Shown one piece after another: positions 9,892 through 21,813 of a stretch of DNA of 64,000 nt (positions are counted from its first letter, which is position 1; each line of letters opens with the position of its first letter). Both the position numbers and the translations under genes were made by a program. The notes beneath the pieces are model-generated. The model was given only the letters and a program-made list of their open reading frames with translations. It was not told the DNA's origin and ran no database searches. Source of the DNA: Bacteroidetes bacterium MED-G17 (lineage in GTDB: Bacteria > Bacteroidota > Bacteroidia > NS11-12g > UBA9320); the NCBI GenBank assembly GCA_002457675.1, contig NTKK01000006.1, positions 11,742 to 75,741 on the forward strand, given 5' to 3'.

Positions 9892-10237
9892 AATAGCTTT
9901 GTTTGCCAAATTTGATTACCAGTAAACAATAAACCAGCACTCGGTATTTTCTCTTGTTTGAGAGACCTAATTTTTCCAAGACTTTCCAAATATGCTCGTC
10001 TAATATAGGATTATCTCCTAAACCCAGTTTATTTCCAAGAAATTCTTTTTTTATTTTAGCTATTTCGCCTTTTTGCACGGATATAATTTCTGTTTCTCGC
10101 TTGTATATAGCGCTTCCCAAAGATTTTGTTATTGCTTCCAATAATTCATCTGAAATATTTAGTCCCAATTTATCTCTCTGCCTTTTGTATATAGCTAACT
10201 TTTGCATGAATCTATTTGTCATAGATACAAAGAACAA
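9884..10237 (-). CDS. hypothetical small protein (117 aa; an internal Met start is possible)
   Basis: Intact ORF, convergent with purN. No recognisable motif. Preceded by a TGTCA/TGACA repeat array. Confidence 0.4.
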   Translation of the reverse strand: MFFVSMTNRFMQKLAIYKRQRDKLGLNISDELLEAITKSLGSAIYKRETEIISVQKGEIAKIKKEFLGNKLGLGDNPILDEHIWKVLEKLGLSNKRKYRVLVYCLLVIKFGKQSYFI

Positions 10238-10266
10238 GACTAGTTTTTTATAGAAATTGTCTCTAG

Positions 10267-10307
10267 TGTCATGGAAATGTCATTTTTTTACTGACATAAA
10301 ATTGTCA
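10267..10307. promoter_or_regulatory. Array of four TGTCA/TGACA pentamers upstream of the 9884..10237 ORF
   Basis: Pentamer starts at 10267, 10278, 10292 and 10303: a direct pair TGTCA-N6-TGTCA, then a palindrome TGACA-N6-TGTCA. The paired spacings are 11 bp. Confidence 0.4.
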
Positions 10308-10376
10308 CAATATGAGCACAGATTTTTAACACTCAAAAATCAAATTCAAAAATTTAAGGGCTAATGTGCTACTAAA

Positions 10377-12086
10377 TTACTGCAATAGATTTCTTTTATA
10401 GAATGCGTAAGGGCCGCGTTCATAAAGAAATTCAAGTTTAGGATATTGCGACATTTTATGTTGGTCTTTTTTAAGGATGCTTATGTATACTGGTTTATCA
10501 ATTTTACCTGTCAAAAGTCTTTGCCAAATCTCTGAAGAAAAAGCTCCGCGTTTCTCCAAAGGTAAATTACTGTAAGAATTACAATTGTATTTCTGTAAAA
10601 CGTCTTTGCGAATCTGCCATATTTCATCATCCTCACGATAAGATTTATTTCGCGCATAAAAGTTAGGAATATAGGTGGCAAAAGAATGGCTGATAAAATA
10701 GGCATCTTCATTTTGTCGAGCTTTATGAAAAGCCACAAGTTCCTTTTGGCTGTGCGCTTCAATTTTTGGTGCAAAACTGACCAACAACATGGGACAAAAT
10801 ATAGCTACCCAAAAGAACAAGTATTGAAATTTGTGCGCGTATAAAACAAATAAAACTCCGATAAAAAATATCCCTACAATTCCAAATTCCATACCAGTCC
10901 AAGGTCCTTCTAATTGGAGCGCTTCAGTTGTTATTGGGTTGTTGATGAAGTTCGCTATAGTATTTTTAAAAGTTGGATTGTTTCCTACAAGGGACAGTAA
11001 AGAAAGCGCGGCAACGATTATCAAAGAAATTACCCATAAAAGCGAAATTTCTAATTTATTTAATTTAATATTTTTCAATCGGATTGCGGCGAAGTAAGTT
11101 ATGGGGAGATAGGTCATGGAGCTGTAATGCACTATCTTGGTTTTTACCAAACTAAACAAGATCAAAACCACCCAAAAGAATATACGTAGTAAGTTTTCCA
11201 ACAGATATGCTTTATTTCCCTTATCACCCACCTTTTTTGTAAGTCCTCGAAAAGCCAATATAGAGGCAGGAAACATACCAACCAACAAAACCAATGGATG
11301 GTAGAAAAATGGTTGGGCATGGTTGGCAACATTTTTTGAAAAAAGATCTTTTTGTATAGAAATAAAATTTCCTAAAACCTTCGATGGAGATCCGTCATTA
11401 CCCAATAGGTACCACCAAAAAATAACTGAAAGTATAGGCAAAGCTAGGAGCACCAAATGGCTTAAGGCAAAATATCTACGAAAGTTGTTCTGAATTAAAA
11501 TATAAAGCCCCACTAAGCCAATAACTAAAATGGCAACGGGTCCTTTGGTTAGAAAGGCCAAAGCCAGTGAAATGCCCATCAAAAAGAAATAAACATGTTT
11601 CTTGGATGAAGAAATGGCCTGAGAAAGAAAGTATAAAGCAAAAAATATAAATAGGTTGAACCAAGGATCAATAATGCCTGACCTGAAGTATAACTGAGAG
11701 GTGAAACTACCCAAATAAACTAAAACCCACTGCCAAGCCATCTTACTATTGTGGTGTTTTTTACCAAGAAAAAACACAAAGTTGATGGTGGCAATACCTG
11801 CTAAAGCATTCGGTAATCTTGCGGCCCACTCATTTATGCCAAAAATTTTCATGCTTATAGATTGCATCCAAAAAAATAAAGGAGGTTTATCTGAAAAAGG
11901 TAAATAGTCAACGCTCGTTCTCATCCAATTATGGCTAAGCAACATTTCCTTTGCTACAGTAGCAAAGTTTACTTCATCCCAATCAAAAAGGTGAACACGT
12001 CCTAGGAAAAAACCAAAAAATAAAGCTGCAGAAATACTGAGAAAAAAGTGCGGAAATCGCTTAATTACTTTTCTCATGTCGCACAA
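10377..12086 (-). CDS. ArnT/PMT-like membrane glycosyltransferase (GT83/GT39 family)
   Basis: N-terminal region (...DEVNFATVAKEML...FSDKPPLFFWMQSISMKIFGINEWAARLPNALAGI) matches the conserved ArnT / dolichyl-phosphate-mannose mannosyltransferase signature. Polytopic, 569 aa. Confidence 0.8.
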   Translation of the reverse strand: MCDMRKVIKRFPHFFLSISAALFFGFFLGRVHLFDWDEVNFATVAKEMLLSHNWMRTSVDYLPFSDKPPLFFWMQSISMKIFGINEWAARLPNALAGIATINFVFFLGKKHHNSKMAWQWVLVYLGSFTSQLYFRSGIIDPWFNLFIFFALYFLSQAISSSKKHVYFFLMGISLALAFLTKGPVAILVIGLVGLYILIQNNFRRYFALSHLVLLALPILSVIFWWYLLGNDGSPSKVLGNFISIQKDLFSKNVANHAQPFFYHPLVLLVGMFPASILAFRGLTKKVGDKGNKAYLLENLLRIFFWVVLILFSLVKTKIVHYSSMTYLPITYFAAIRLKNIKLNKLEISLLWVISLIIVAALSLLSLVGNNPTFKNTIANFINNPITTEALQLEGPWTGMEFGIVGIFFIGVLFVLYAHKFQYLFFWVAIFCPMLLVSFAPKIEAHSQKELVAFHKARQNEDAYFISHSFATYIPNFYARNKSYREDDEIWQIRKDVLQKYNCNSYSNLPLEKRGAFSSEIWQRLLTGKIDKPVYISILKKDQHKMSQYPKLEFLYERGPYAFYKRNLLQ

Positions 12087-12678
12087 ATATACGTAAGCTA
12101 AAGAAAGAAAATAAAGATATGGAAAGCCCTATCCAGGAACCTACAAAAACATCAATGAGAAAATGTTGAGCCAAAATTACTCTACTGAGCGCAACCAAAA
12201 TAGGAGGAAAAATAAGTGTCCAGGCATAAGGCTTATCTCTAAATGCGAAGGCTAAATTTGTGAAAAATACAAATGCTGCACTGGTATGACCCGATGGGAA
12301 AGAAAATTGACGATTTATTTTTATGTTTTGATGGTATTGGATTTGATCGGCAAAAAAAGCATAAGGCCGGTCAAAATGTGGAAAAACCTTGTGCTTGAGA
12401 AGGTATATGACCAGAAGATTTAATAAAACTGAAACCAGATAGGGTAACAAATTTTTTTTTCTTTTATAAAAAAGAAAAAATACACCTATAAGAAGACCAA
12501 CATAAAACTCTCCAAATAGTGTGATCAAAGCAAAAGTACTTTCAAAAAATCCGTTATAAAAGCTGTTGAAAAATAATACCGCTTCACCTTTTGGAAATAT
12601 CAATATAGACAAACCTATCAATACATTCCACAGCAGAAATGAAAGAAAAAATAGACGATTGCTAATAAGTTCCCGCAA
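12061..12678 (-). CDS. PAP2 family phosphatase (LpxE/LpxF-like lipid phosphatase candidate)
   Basis: PAP2 motifs, including PSGHTSAAF and a later SR...H region. Membrane protein. Its 3' end overlaps the downstream ArnT-like start by about 26 nt. Confidence 0.75.
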   Translation of the reverse strand: MRELISNRLFFLSFLLWNVLIGLSILIFPKGEAVLFFNSFYNGFFESTFALITLFGEFYVGLLIGVFFLFYKRKKNLLPYLVSVLLNLLVIYLLKHKVFPHFDRPYAFFADQIQYHQNIKINRQFSFPSGHTSAAFVFFTNLAFAFRDKPYAWTLIFPPILVALSRVILAQHFLIDVFVGSWIGLSISLFSFFSLRIFVRHEKSN

Positions 12679-12727
12679 AACGCTTCAAAGATGAAAAAAC
12701 TTTGATATTAAATAAATTGTTTTTAAT

Positions 12728-13129
12728 TTGAAACTTTCAGAGGAGCAGATGAATAGGGAAAAACTGGAGTTAGAGTTTGAGGTTAGATCAAGTCCAAGTG
12801 TATTGTTTAACTACCTTTCAACCCCCAGTGGTTTGGTAGAATGGTTTTGTGATGATGTCAATTTGAAAGGTAAAGATAAATTTATTTTTATCTGGGAAGG
12901 CGAAGAAAGAGTTGCGACTTTGCAAAGAAAAGTATCTGGGAAATACATTAAATGGAGCTGGGATGATGAAGAAGAATCAGAATTTTTTGAATTTTCTATA
13001 AACAAAGATGAATTAACTGGAGACATCGCGCTTATTATAACAGATTTTGCTGACGAGGATGAGGTTGAGGAAATGGAATTATTGTGGGAAAGTCAAGTTC
13101 AAGATTTGAGAAATGCATTGGGCGTTTAA
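12728..13129 (+). CDS. START-like / SRPBCC superfamily protein (hypothetical)
   Basis: 133 aa, acidic C-terminus, ...GLVEWFCDDVN... pattern reminiscent of the AHSA1/START-like fold. Assignment tentative. Confidence 0.4.
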   Translation: MKLSEEQMNREKLELEFEVRSSPSVLFNYLSTPSGLVEWFCDDVNLKGKDKFIFIWEGEERVATLQRKVSGKYIKWSWDDEEESEFFEFSINKDELTGDIALIITDFADEDEVEEMELLWESQVQDLRNALGV

Positions 13130-13141
13130 AATCAAAAAAAA

Positions 13142-15633
<2,492 letters not shown>

Positions 15634-15658
15634 TCACGGGGTTCAAAACTAGCCAATG

Positions 15659-16447
15659 TCAAGGAATTTTTTGCTGTTGTGGATGATTTGACAATAATTG
15701 TTTAATACGCTCTAAGTCTTCAGGCGAATCTACGCCATTACTCTCCATTTGGGTTTTAAGCAAAGAGATGACAAAATGGTCTTGAAGCCATCTTAGTTGT
15801 TCCAAACTTTCTGCATTTTCCAAAGGCGCTTCGGGGACATCTACCAATTCAGGAACAATTTCTGCTTGAAAAGCATAAATTCCTATGTGTTTATAAAAAA
15901 TATGATTTGATAGCCATTGTTCTTTTCCCATATTTCTTAAATAAGGTATTACCTGTCGGCTAAAATATAGCGCATCGGCAGTATTTTCATGAAAAATAGT
16001 ACTTACAACTTTCACAACATTTGGAGATTCTAATTCTTCAAGGTTAGAAATTTCTTTTACCAATGTAAGTATTTCCGTTGTTTCATTTTGCTTAAAAAAG
16101 TCAATAATCTTATCTATTTCTTTAGGGTTAATCAAGGGTTCATCACCTTGTAAATTAACCAAAATATCAAACCCCTTCCCCTCGTTTTCTAAATGTTCCA
16201 GTACTTCAGCACAACGTTCTGTTCCATTATTGTGGTCTGGTGAGGTCATTATGACTTCACCTCCAAATTTGACCACTGTATTAAAAATTCGTTCATCATC
16301 TGTAGCGACTATAACTCTGCTAGCTTTTGATGCAGCAGCTTTTTCATATACATGCTGTATCATTGTTTTTCCTACAATGTCTGCCAAAGGCTTTCCTGGA
16401 AATCTTTGGGAATTATATCTTGCTGGTATGACAATTAAGCTATTCAT
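15659..16447 (-). CDS. kdsB: 3-deoxy-manno-octulosonate cytidylyltransferase (CMP-Kdo synthetase)
   Basis: IVIPARYNSQRFPGKPL N-terminal motif, 262 aa. Confidence 0.9.
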   Translation of the reverse strand: MNSLIVIPARYNSQRFPGKPLADIVGKTMIQHVYEKAAASKASRVIVATDDERIFNTVVKFGGEVIMTSPDHNNGTERCAEVLEHLENEGKGFDILVNLQGDEPLINPKEIDKIIDFFKQNETTEILTLVKEISNLEELESPNVVKVVSTIFHENTADALYFSRQVIPYLRNMGKEQWLSNHIFYKHIGIYAFQAEIVPELVDVPEAPLENAESLEQLRWLQDHFVISLLKTQMESNGVDSPEDLERIKQLLSNHPQQQKIP

Positions 16448-17327
16448 GATTTTTTGGAATCCAATCTAAGACCAAACCTACAAATGACGAAACTAAGGTT
16501 ATTAAACTAAAAATAAGTGCTGCAGTAATACCCAATGTGCTATTGATTTGGAAAGTTTGCGCTAATTTTTCGAAAATTAATTCTCGTGCACCCATGCCAC
16601 CTAAAAAAACTGGAATTGCAGTTGCCACTGAAGATATCCAAAAAATTATTGCTGATGCTAGAGACTTATATCCCAAACTCCAAACTATGGAATAAAAACT
16701 AAGACCCTGTAACAGTTGAATAAGTAAAGACCATAAAAACCCTAAACCAAATGAGATGCCTTGTTTGAAAAATATTTTAGTGCCAATAAAAGAAAAAATT
16801 AGAACCAATATGGCTGAGAATATCCATACACTTTTTGGATACCCTAAGTTGAAAAAAGTAAGGCCGGTTAGGATTAAAATAAGTAAAGCCAAAAGCCCTA
16901 AAAGCCTATCCAAAAGTAATGCTGAGACCAAGGTCTTTTTTTTGTATTTGTGAATTCTATTGATTTGTAAAATTTTATATGCATCACCACCTATACCACC
17001 AGGTAAGAACAAATTGTAGGCCATCCCGATATAGTAAAGCAAAAGATTTTTTGGGAAAGTAATCTCTGCTTTGTGATTTTTCAGAATATAACCTAATCGT
17101 GCTGCAGACGCCATTTGTGAAGTGTTGAACAAAAAAAAAGCGCATACAACATAATGCCACTTTACATTCTTCATTTTTTCATAAATGGAGGACAAATCTA
17201 CATGTTGAAATACATACCAAAACGCAAATAAAGAAACCACAATTTTTCCAATTGTGAGGAAAACATTGTTACTCTTCAAGGGTATGAATTTTGCGTATGT
17301 TGTAAGTTTTTTTCTGCTGAGATTCAA
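16440..17327 (-). CDS. flippase-like domain membrane protein (lysylphosphatidylglycerol synthase TM-region family)
   Basis: About 8 predicted TM helices. N-terminus resembles UPF0104/MprF-flippase-like proteins. The annotated start overlaps the upstream GT2 by 59 nt, so the true start may be downstream. Confidence 0.55.
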   Translation of the reverse strand: MNLSRKKLTTYAKFIPLKSNNVFLTIGKIVVSLFAFWYVFQHVDLSSIYEKMKNVKWHYVVCAFFLFNTSQMASAARLGYILKNHKAEITFPKNLLLYYIGMAYNLFLPGGIGGDAYKILQINRIHKYKKKTLVSALLLDRLLGLLALLILILTGLTFFNLGYPKSVWIFSAILVLIFSFIGTKIFFKQGISFGLGFLWSLLIQLLQGLSFYSIVWSLGYKSLASAIIFWISSVATAIPVFLGGMGARELIFEKLAQTFQINSTLGITAALIFSLITLVSSFVGLVLDWIPKNHE

Positions 17328-18204
17328 AGTATGTGCGCATCAACAATTCTGAAACAATTCCAAAAATAATAAGTTGAAATCCAGCAAGGATTAGAAGAAC
17401 TCCTAAAATCAATATTGGTCTTCCCCAGATATCTTGACCAAATATTTTAAGGATAAGTAAATACAGATTGATTAAAATGCCTAAACCAAAAATCACGAAA
17501 CCCAAATTGCCAAAAAGATGCATAGGTTTTCTTAAATATTTTTTCATAAAAACCATCAAAATAAGGTCACTAATTACCTTAAATGTCCGGTTTAGCGAAT
17601 ATTTGGATTTTCCATGAATTCTAGGGTGATGTTTTACAGGTACCTGTAGAATTCGCGCTCCTTGTAAACTCGCTAATACAGGAATAAATCTGTGCAACTC
17701 TCCATACAAATCAAGTTTTTTAGCAAAATATGATTTGAAAATCTTTAACGTGCAACCGTAATCCCGAATATGTACATCTGTTGCATTTCTTATTATACCA
17801 TTGGCAATTTTAGAAGGAATTTTACGTAAAAACATACCATCTTTTCGGTTAATTCTCTCTCCTGCAATAAGATCAAAAGGTTCATTCTCAATTTTTTCAA
17901 GGAGTATAGGAATATCGCTCGGGTCATTTTGTAAGTCTCCATCAAGTGTGACAATATATTCCCCAATACTCTCATCAATGCCGGCTTGCATAGCCGTACT
18001 TTGACCATAATTTTTGGTAAACTCCAAAACCTTCATACCGTCAAACGCATATTCAAGAAGTTTATCTACTGTAAGGTCTGTTGAACCATCATCCACAAAA
18101 ATTACTTCGTGATCAATTTGTGATAAGTTTTTTTTGAGCGATTCTATGAGAGGAATAATATTATCTTCTTCATTCATAACTGCTATAACCACTGATAATT
18201 TCAA
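17269..18204 (-). CDS. family 2 glycosyltransferase, polyprenol-phosphate sugar synthase type (ArnC/DPM1-like)
   Basis: VVIAVMNEEDNI...VDDGSTD...DGDLQ (DXD) GT2 catalytic core with C-terminal TM helices; 311 aa. Confidence 0.85.
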   Translation of the reverse strand: MKLSVVIAVMNEEDNIIPLIESLKKNLSQIDHEVIFVDDGSTDLTVDKLLEYAFDGMKVLEFTKNYGQSTAMQAGIDESIGEYIVTLDGDLQNDPSDIPILLEKIENEPFDLIAGERINRKDGMFLRKIPSKIANGIIRNATDVHIRDYGCTLKIFKSYFAKKLDLYGELHRFIPVLASLQGARILQVPVKHHPRIHGKSKYSLNRTFKVISDLILMVFMKKYLRKPMHLFGNLGFVIFGLGILINLYLLILKIFGQDIWGRPILILGVLLILAGFQLIIFGIVSELLMRTYFESQQKKTYNIRKIHTLEE

Positions 18205-18223
18205 ACCAAAATCAAAGTAACAA

Positions 18224-19843
18224 TTATTGGTTTAGATAATATCTAGGTTCTTCGTTTTCGTTTTCCACAACTTTGCTTTGTTTATGTCTTAATTTTTTGA
18301 ATTTTACCAAAGCCATCTTTTTGTTTTCAAATTTTCTAACAAATCTTAAATAGTAAGTAACATCCTCTGGATACCTTATTATGTCTTCAGGGACGATGTA
18401 AAAGCGAACGGTGTCAAAATTCTCCGTTCGAGTTTTGGTTGGTTGATTTCGAAGTGTTGTAATGTACCAATTCATGCTCAATTCAATATTACAATTCATC
18501 ATTTCTAATTCTTTGTTTTTGGTAATTTCTGCTATGCGTTTTGCCAAAAGTTTTTCACTTGGCATGCTTATGTGACTTTTTCTTAGAGGCAATGCAAAAA
18601 CATTTAGGAAAAGTTTACCCATTAAAAAAAACATGACCAAATCCATAAGGACATGCCCATTCCGAAAATAATATAAATATGAACCCCAAAAAATCAGCAT
18701 CATAAGCAAGGCAATTTGGTAATTAACTGGATTCATTGAGTAGACGGGATGGCCCAGAGAACCACACAGAAGTAAAAAAAATACAATTATCAGAAGTGTA
18801 AAAAGTGCTTTTTTTAAAATTCTGGATCGGAATAAACTCAAATCCATAGCTTCAATTATAGGGATGCATAAGAGCGGAAGCAGCGCAAAAACATATCGTG
18901 CTCTATAATCAGGAGATAACCAATAAGGAAATAAATTGAACAAGGCTACCCAAGCCAAAAGTGCGTGGTCAGAAGTTCTGAACTTGTGCCTAAATTTCTT
19001 GCCAAAGAAGAAAAAGGTAAGAAAAATACTAGGTAAAAAGTCCACAAGTATTTTAAAAGGAAATTCAACAAGATGTTTTATTGTTTGCCACAAGGTTTTG
19101 TTTACCATGGTCCTTTGGCTAGACTCTTTAAATAAAACATGCATTAAATCCACAAGTGAGCCGTTTAGAGAGAAAAACCAAAAATATCCTATGATTGCGA
19201 GAGTAAATAAACCAAAAAATAAAAAATGTTCAGGTTTAAATATCTTTTTAAATTGTTTACCACCAAAAAATAAAGTGAATAAAGAGATGCTTTGAAAAAC
19301 CAAACTTGGTAGTCCTTTCATCATAAATCCAATGCCACAAAAAAGATAAGAGAATGCAAAAATTTGCCGGTATTTTTTTCGTTTCAAAAAATAAAAAGAC
19401 CAGTAGATTTGGTTGAAAACCAACCAACTAAAAGGAATATCAATATGCCCTAAAAGAGAACTGAAAACCAAAAAATTTCCACTAATTAGTAAGCTGGCTC
19501 CAAGTAAAATAGCCTTTACTTTGTTTTGATAAATTTTTAAACCCAAAAAGTATAATTGCGCGCTAAAACCCAAAATAGCAATGTATGAAGGCAATCTAAT
19601 CACCCATTCTTTTGTGCCAAATATTTTGATAAATAAAGCCAATAACCAATTATAAAGTGGGGGTTTATTGAGGTAGGGAAGACCATTCAAGTGTGGATTT
19701 AGCCAATTGTGGTCTAAAAGCATATGAAATGAAACTAAAGCCCTTATTGGCTCATCTGCCCAAAGGGGCAATAGGTGTAAATTTAAGCCAAAAGCAAAGA
19801 TGCCAACAACCAAGAAAAAACAAGCTAGTAGATGTGCTTTCAA
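18224..19843 (-). CDS. ArnT/PMT-like membrane glycosyltransferase (GT83/GT39 family), second paralogue
   Basis: ...WADEPIRALVSF...LNGLPYLNKPPLYNWLLALFIKIFG signature (PMT_2-like), polytopic, 539 aa. Confidence 0.75.
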   Translation of the reverse strand: MKAHLLACFFLVVGIFAFGLNLHLLPLWADEPIRALVSFHMLLDHNWLNPHLNGLPYLNKPPLYNWLLALFIKIFGTKEWVIRLPSYIAILGFSAQLYFLGLKIYQNKVKAILLGASLLISGNFLVFSSLLGHIDIPFSWLVFNQIYWSFYFLKRKKYRQIFAFSYLFCGIGFMMKGLPSLVFQSISLFTLFFGGKQFKKIFKPEHFLFFGLFTLAIIGYFWFFSLNGSLVDLMHVLFKESSQRTMVNKTLWQTIKHLVEFPFKILVDFLPSIFLTFFFFGKKFRHKFRTSDHALLAWVALFNLFPYWLSPDYRARYVFALLPLLCIPIIEAMDLSLFRSRILKKALFTLLIIVFFLLLCGSLGHPVYSMNPVNYQIALLMMLIFWGSYLYYFRNGHVLMDLVMFFLMGKLFLNVFALPLRKSHISMPSEKLLAKRIAEITKNKELEMMNCNIELSMNWYITTLRNQPTKTRTENFDTVRFYIVPEDIIRYPEDVTYYLRFVRKFENKKMALVKFKKLRHKQSKVVENENEEPRYYLNQ

Positions 19844-19879
19844 GAGAAAACAAAATAAGGCATTTTTGGCTTAATTACT

Positions 19880-19887
19880 TAGTTTTG
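19880..19887 (+). promoter_or_regulatory. Candidate -7 box TAGTTTTG immediately upstream of the T9SS cargo gene
   Basis: Exact TAnnTTTG match ending 5 nt before the ATG at 19893; would imply a near-leaderless transcript. Confidence 0.3.
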
Positions 19888-19892
19888 ATATT

Positions 19893-21752
19893 ATGACAAA
19901 ATATGTACTTCTTTCTTTTTTGTTTGTTTTTATGAGTCAAATTGTTGGTGCACAAAAATTTTCACTTAAACAGACTCAAAAAAGCTACCCAAAACTAAAA
20001 AACATGCGTTTAGCTGATTTACCTTTGGATGTTTTATATAAGGCAGAGGAAATGTCAAAGCATATGCATTTTGCTGAAAATAAAAAGAAAGTAGATGCCT
20101 TAAGAAAAAGAAGATTTGTCAATAAATTAGACAAGACTTACAGTGAAACTACCCAATCTATTACACCACAACTGGGGGTGAATTTTAACGGTCATCCAAC
20201 TGGATCAAGAGGCATTCCCAATGACAACAATATGGCCATCTCAAATGACGGTTGGATAGTAAGTGTTCAAAACAGTATTGTTCGTGTTTTCAACCCAAAC
20301 GGTGAGGCGCAACTTATTCGTTCTCTAGAATTTATGGCCTCCGGACAAGTTGGAAGACTTGAGAGATCCTTTGATCCTAAAATAATGTATGATCCACATG
20401 CCGATAGGTTCATTATGGTTTTCTTAGAAGGAAATACCAGCACAACGTCTAAAATAATTGTAGGATTCAGTCAAAGTAACTTACCCACTGGACAATGGAG
20501 TTTTTATGCTCTAGATGGAAGCCCATTTGGCGATAAACGTTGGAGCGATTATCCAATAATTGCCTTTAACGAGAGTGACTTGTTCATAACGGTAAATATG
20601 CTAGAAGATGGTGGTTCATGGATAGAAGATTTTGCAGAGAGTGTTATATGGCAGGTTTCATTGAGAGATGGATACAATGGGATGGAACAACTTTCGACCA
20701 ATCTCCTTAGTGATATTACCTTTAATGAAAAATATATTTGGAGTGTTTGTCCAGTTAAATGTGGAAGCGCACCCAATAGGGATGAAACCATGTATTTTTT
20801 ATCTGTTCGGCCAGGCGATTTAAAAAATGATACACTTTTTTTACATACGTTATCTGGTAATGTGAGAAGCGAGTCAAAATATCAAGTAGAAGTCTTTAAA
20901 AGTCCTTTAAAATATGGTATTCCACCCTCAGGTTTTCAGCCAAATGGTGGAAAAGGTTTGCATACCAATGATGCTCGAGTTCTTGACGCCTTTTTTGAGC
21001 AAAACAAGATTCAATATGTACAAACAACCAACATCATCGACAAAAACATGCCAGGCGTTTATCACGGAATTTTGGACTTGGATAAGAGAGAAATACAAGC
21101 AAACTATATATATTCAGATACGTTTGACTATGCATACCCTAGTATCGCTTTTGCAGGTAATCATAAATTCCCTAACGCCAGTGTAATTACATTTTCTCAC
21201 TCATCAGAGCTAAACTTTCCTGGTACAAGTGCTATTTTCTATAATCAAATCGATGGTTATGAAGGAATTTATTCAAAGATTTTAAAAGTTAAAGAAGGAA
21301 AAAGGCTAATAAATTATAGTACTAATGATTCCAATGTAAGGTGGGGTGATTATACAAGTATTCAGACTAAATACGATCAAGAAGGCATTCTTTGGCTTAG
21401 TGGGTCTTTTGGCGATGAAAATCAACCATCCGGATATGGTACATGGTTGGCTCAACTTTCAACTAATCCTAAACTTCATGTTCAATTAAATGAAGGTGAT
21501 ATGCAACTTTTTCCTAATCCAAGTAATGCTATGGTAAATCTGCAAGTTTTTTTAAATGCGCAAAAAACACTTAAAGTTACTGTGTGTAGTCAACTTGGTC
21601 AAAAAGTGTACGAATCGTCTCAGGTAACAACTTCACCTGGGCTTTTCAATTACCAGCTCAGTACAGACTTTTTAGCTAAAGGACTATATATTTTATCTAT
21701 TTCCGAACTTAGTGGGAAGCCAATTATCAGTAAAAAGCTTATCGTAAGGTAA
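19893..21752 (+). CDS. secreted protein with T9SS (Por) C-terminal sorting domain
   Basis: Signal peptide. C-terminal about 80 aa (LFPNPSNAMVNLQVF...GLYILSISELSGKPIISKKLIVR) matches the T9SS type-A CTD pattern. Confidence 0.65.
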   Translation: MTKYVLLSFLFVFMSQIVGAQKFSLKQTQKSYPKLKNMRLADLPLDVLYKAEEMSKHMHFAENKKKVDALRKRRFVNKLDKTYSETTQSITPQLGVNFNGHPTGSRGIPNDNNMAISNDGWIVSVQNSIVRVFNPNGEAQLIRSLEFMASGQVGRLERSFDPKIMYDPHADRFIMVFLEGNTSTTSKIIVGFSQSNLPTGQWSFYALDGSPFGDKRWSDYPIIAFNESDLFITVNMLEDGGSWIEDFAESVIWQVSLRDGYNGMEQLSTNLLSDITFNEKYIWSVCPVKCGSAPNRDETMYFLSVRPGDLKNDTLFLHTLSGNVRSESKYQVEVFKSPLKYGIPPSGFQPNGGKGLHTNDARVLDAFFEQNKIQYVQTTNIIDKNMPGVYHGILDLDKREIQANYIYSDTFDYAYPSIAFAGNHKFPNASVITFSHSSELNFPGTSAIFYNQIDGYEGIYSKILKVKEGKRLINYSTNDSNVRWGDYTSIQTKYDQEGILWLSGSFGDENQPSGYGTWLAQLSTNPKLHVQLNEGDMQLFPNPSNAMVNLQVFLNAQKTLKVTVCSQLGQKVYESSQVTTSPGLFNYQLSTDFLAKGLYILSISELSGKPIISKKLIVR

Positions 21753-21813
21753 AGGTTTAATTTTTTTATTTAGGTAACACAAAAAATCATTTTATGTGTT
21801 TTAGCTGTGGGTT

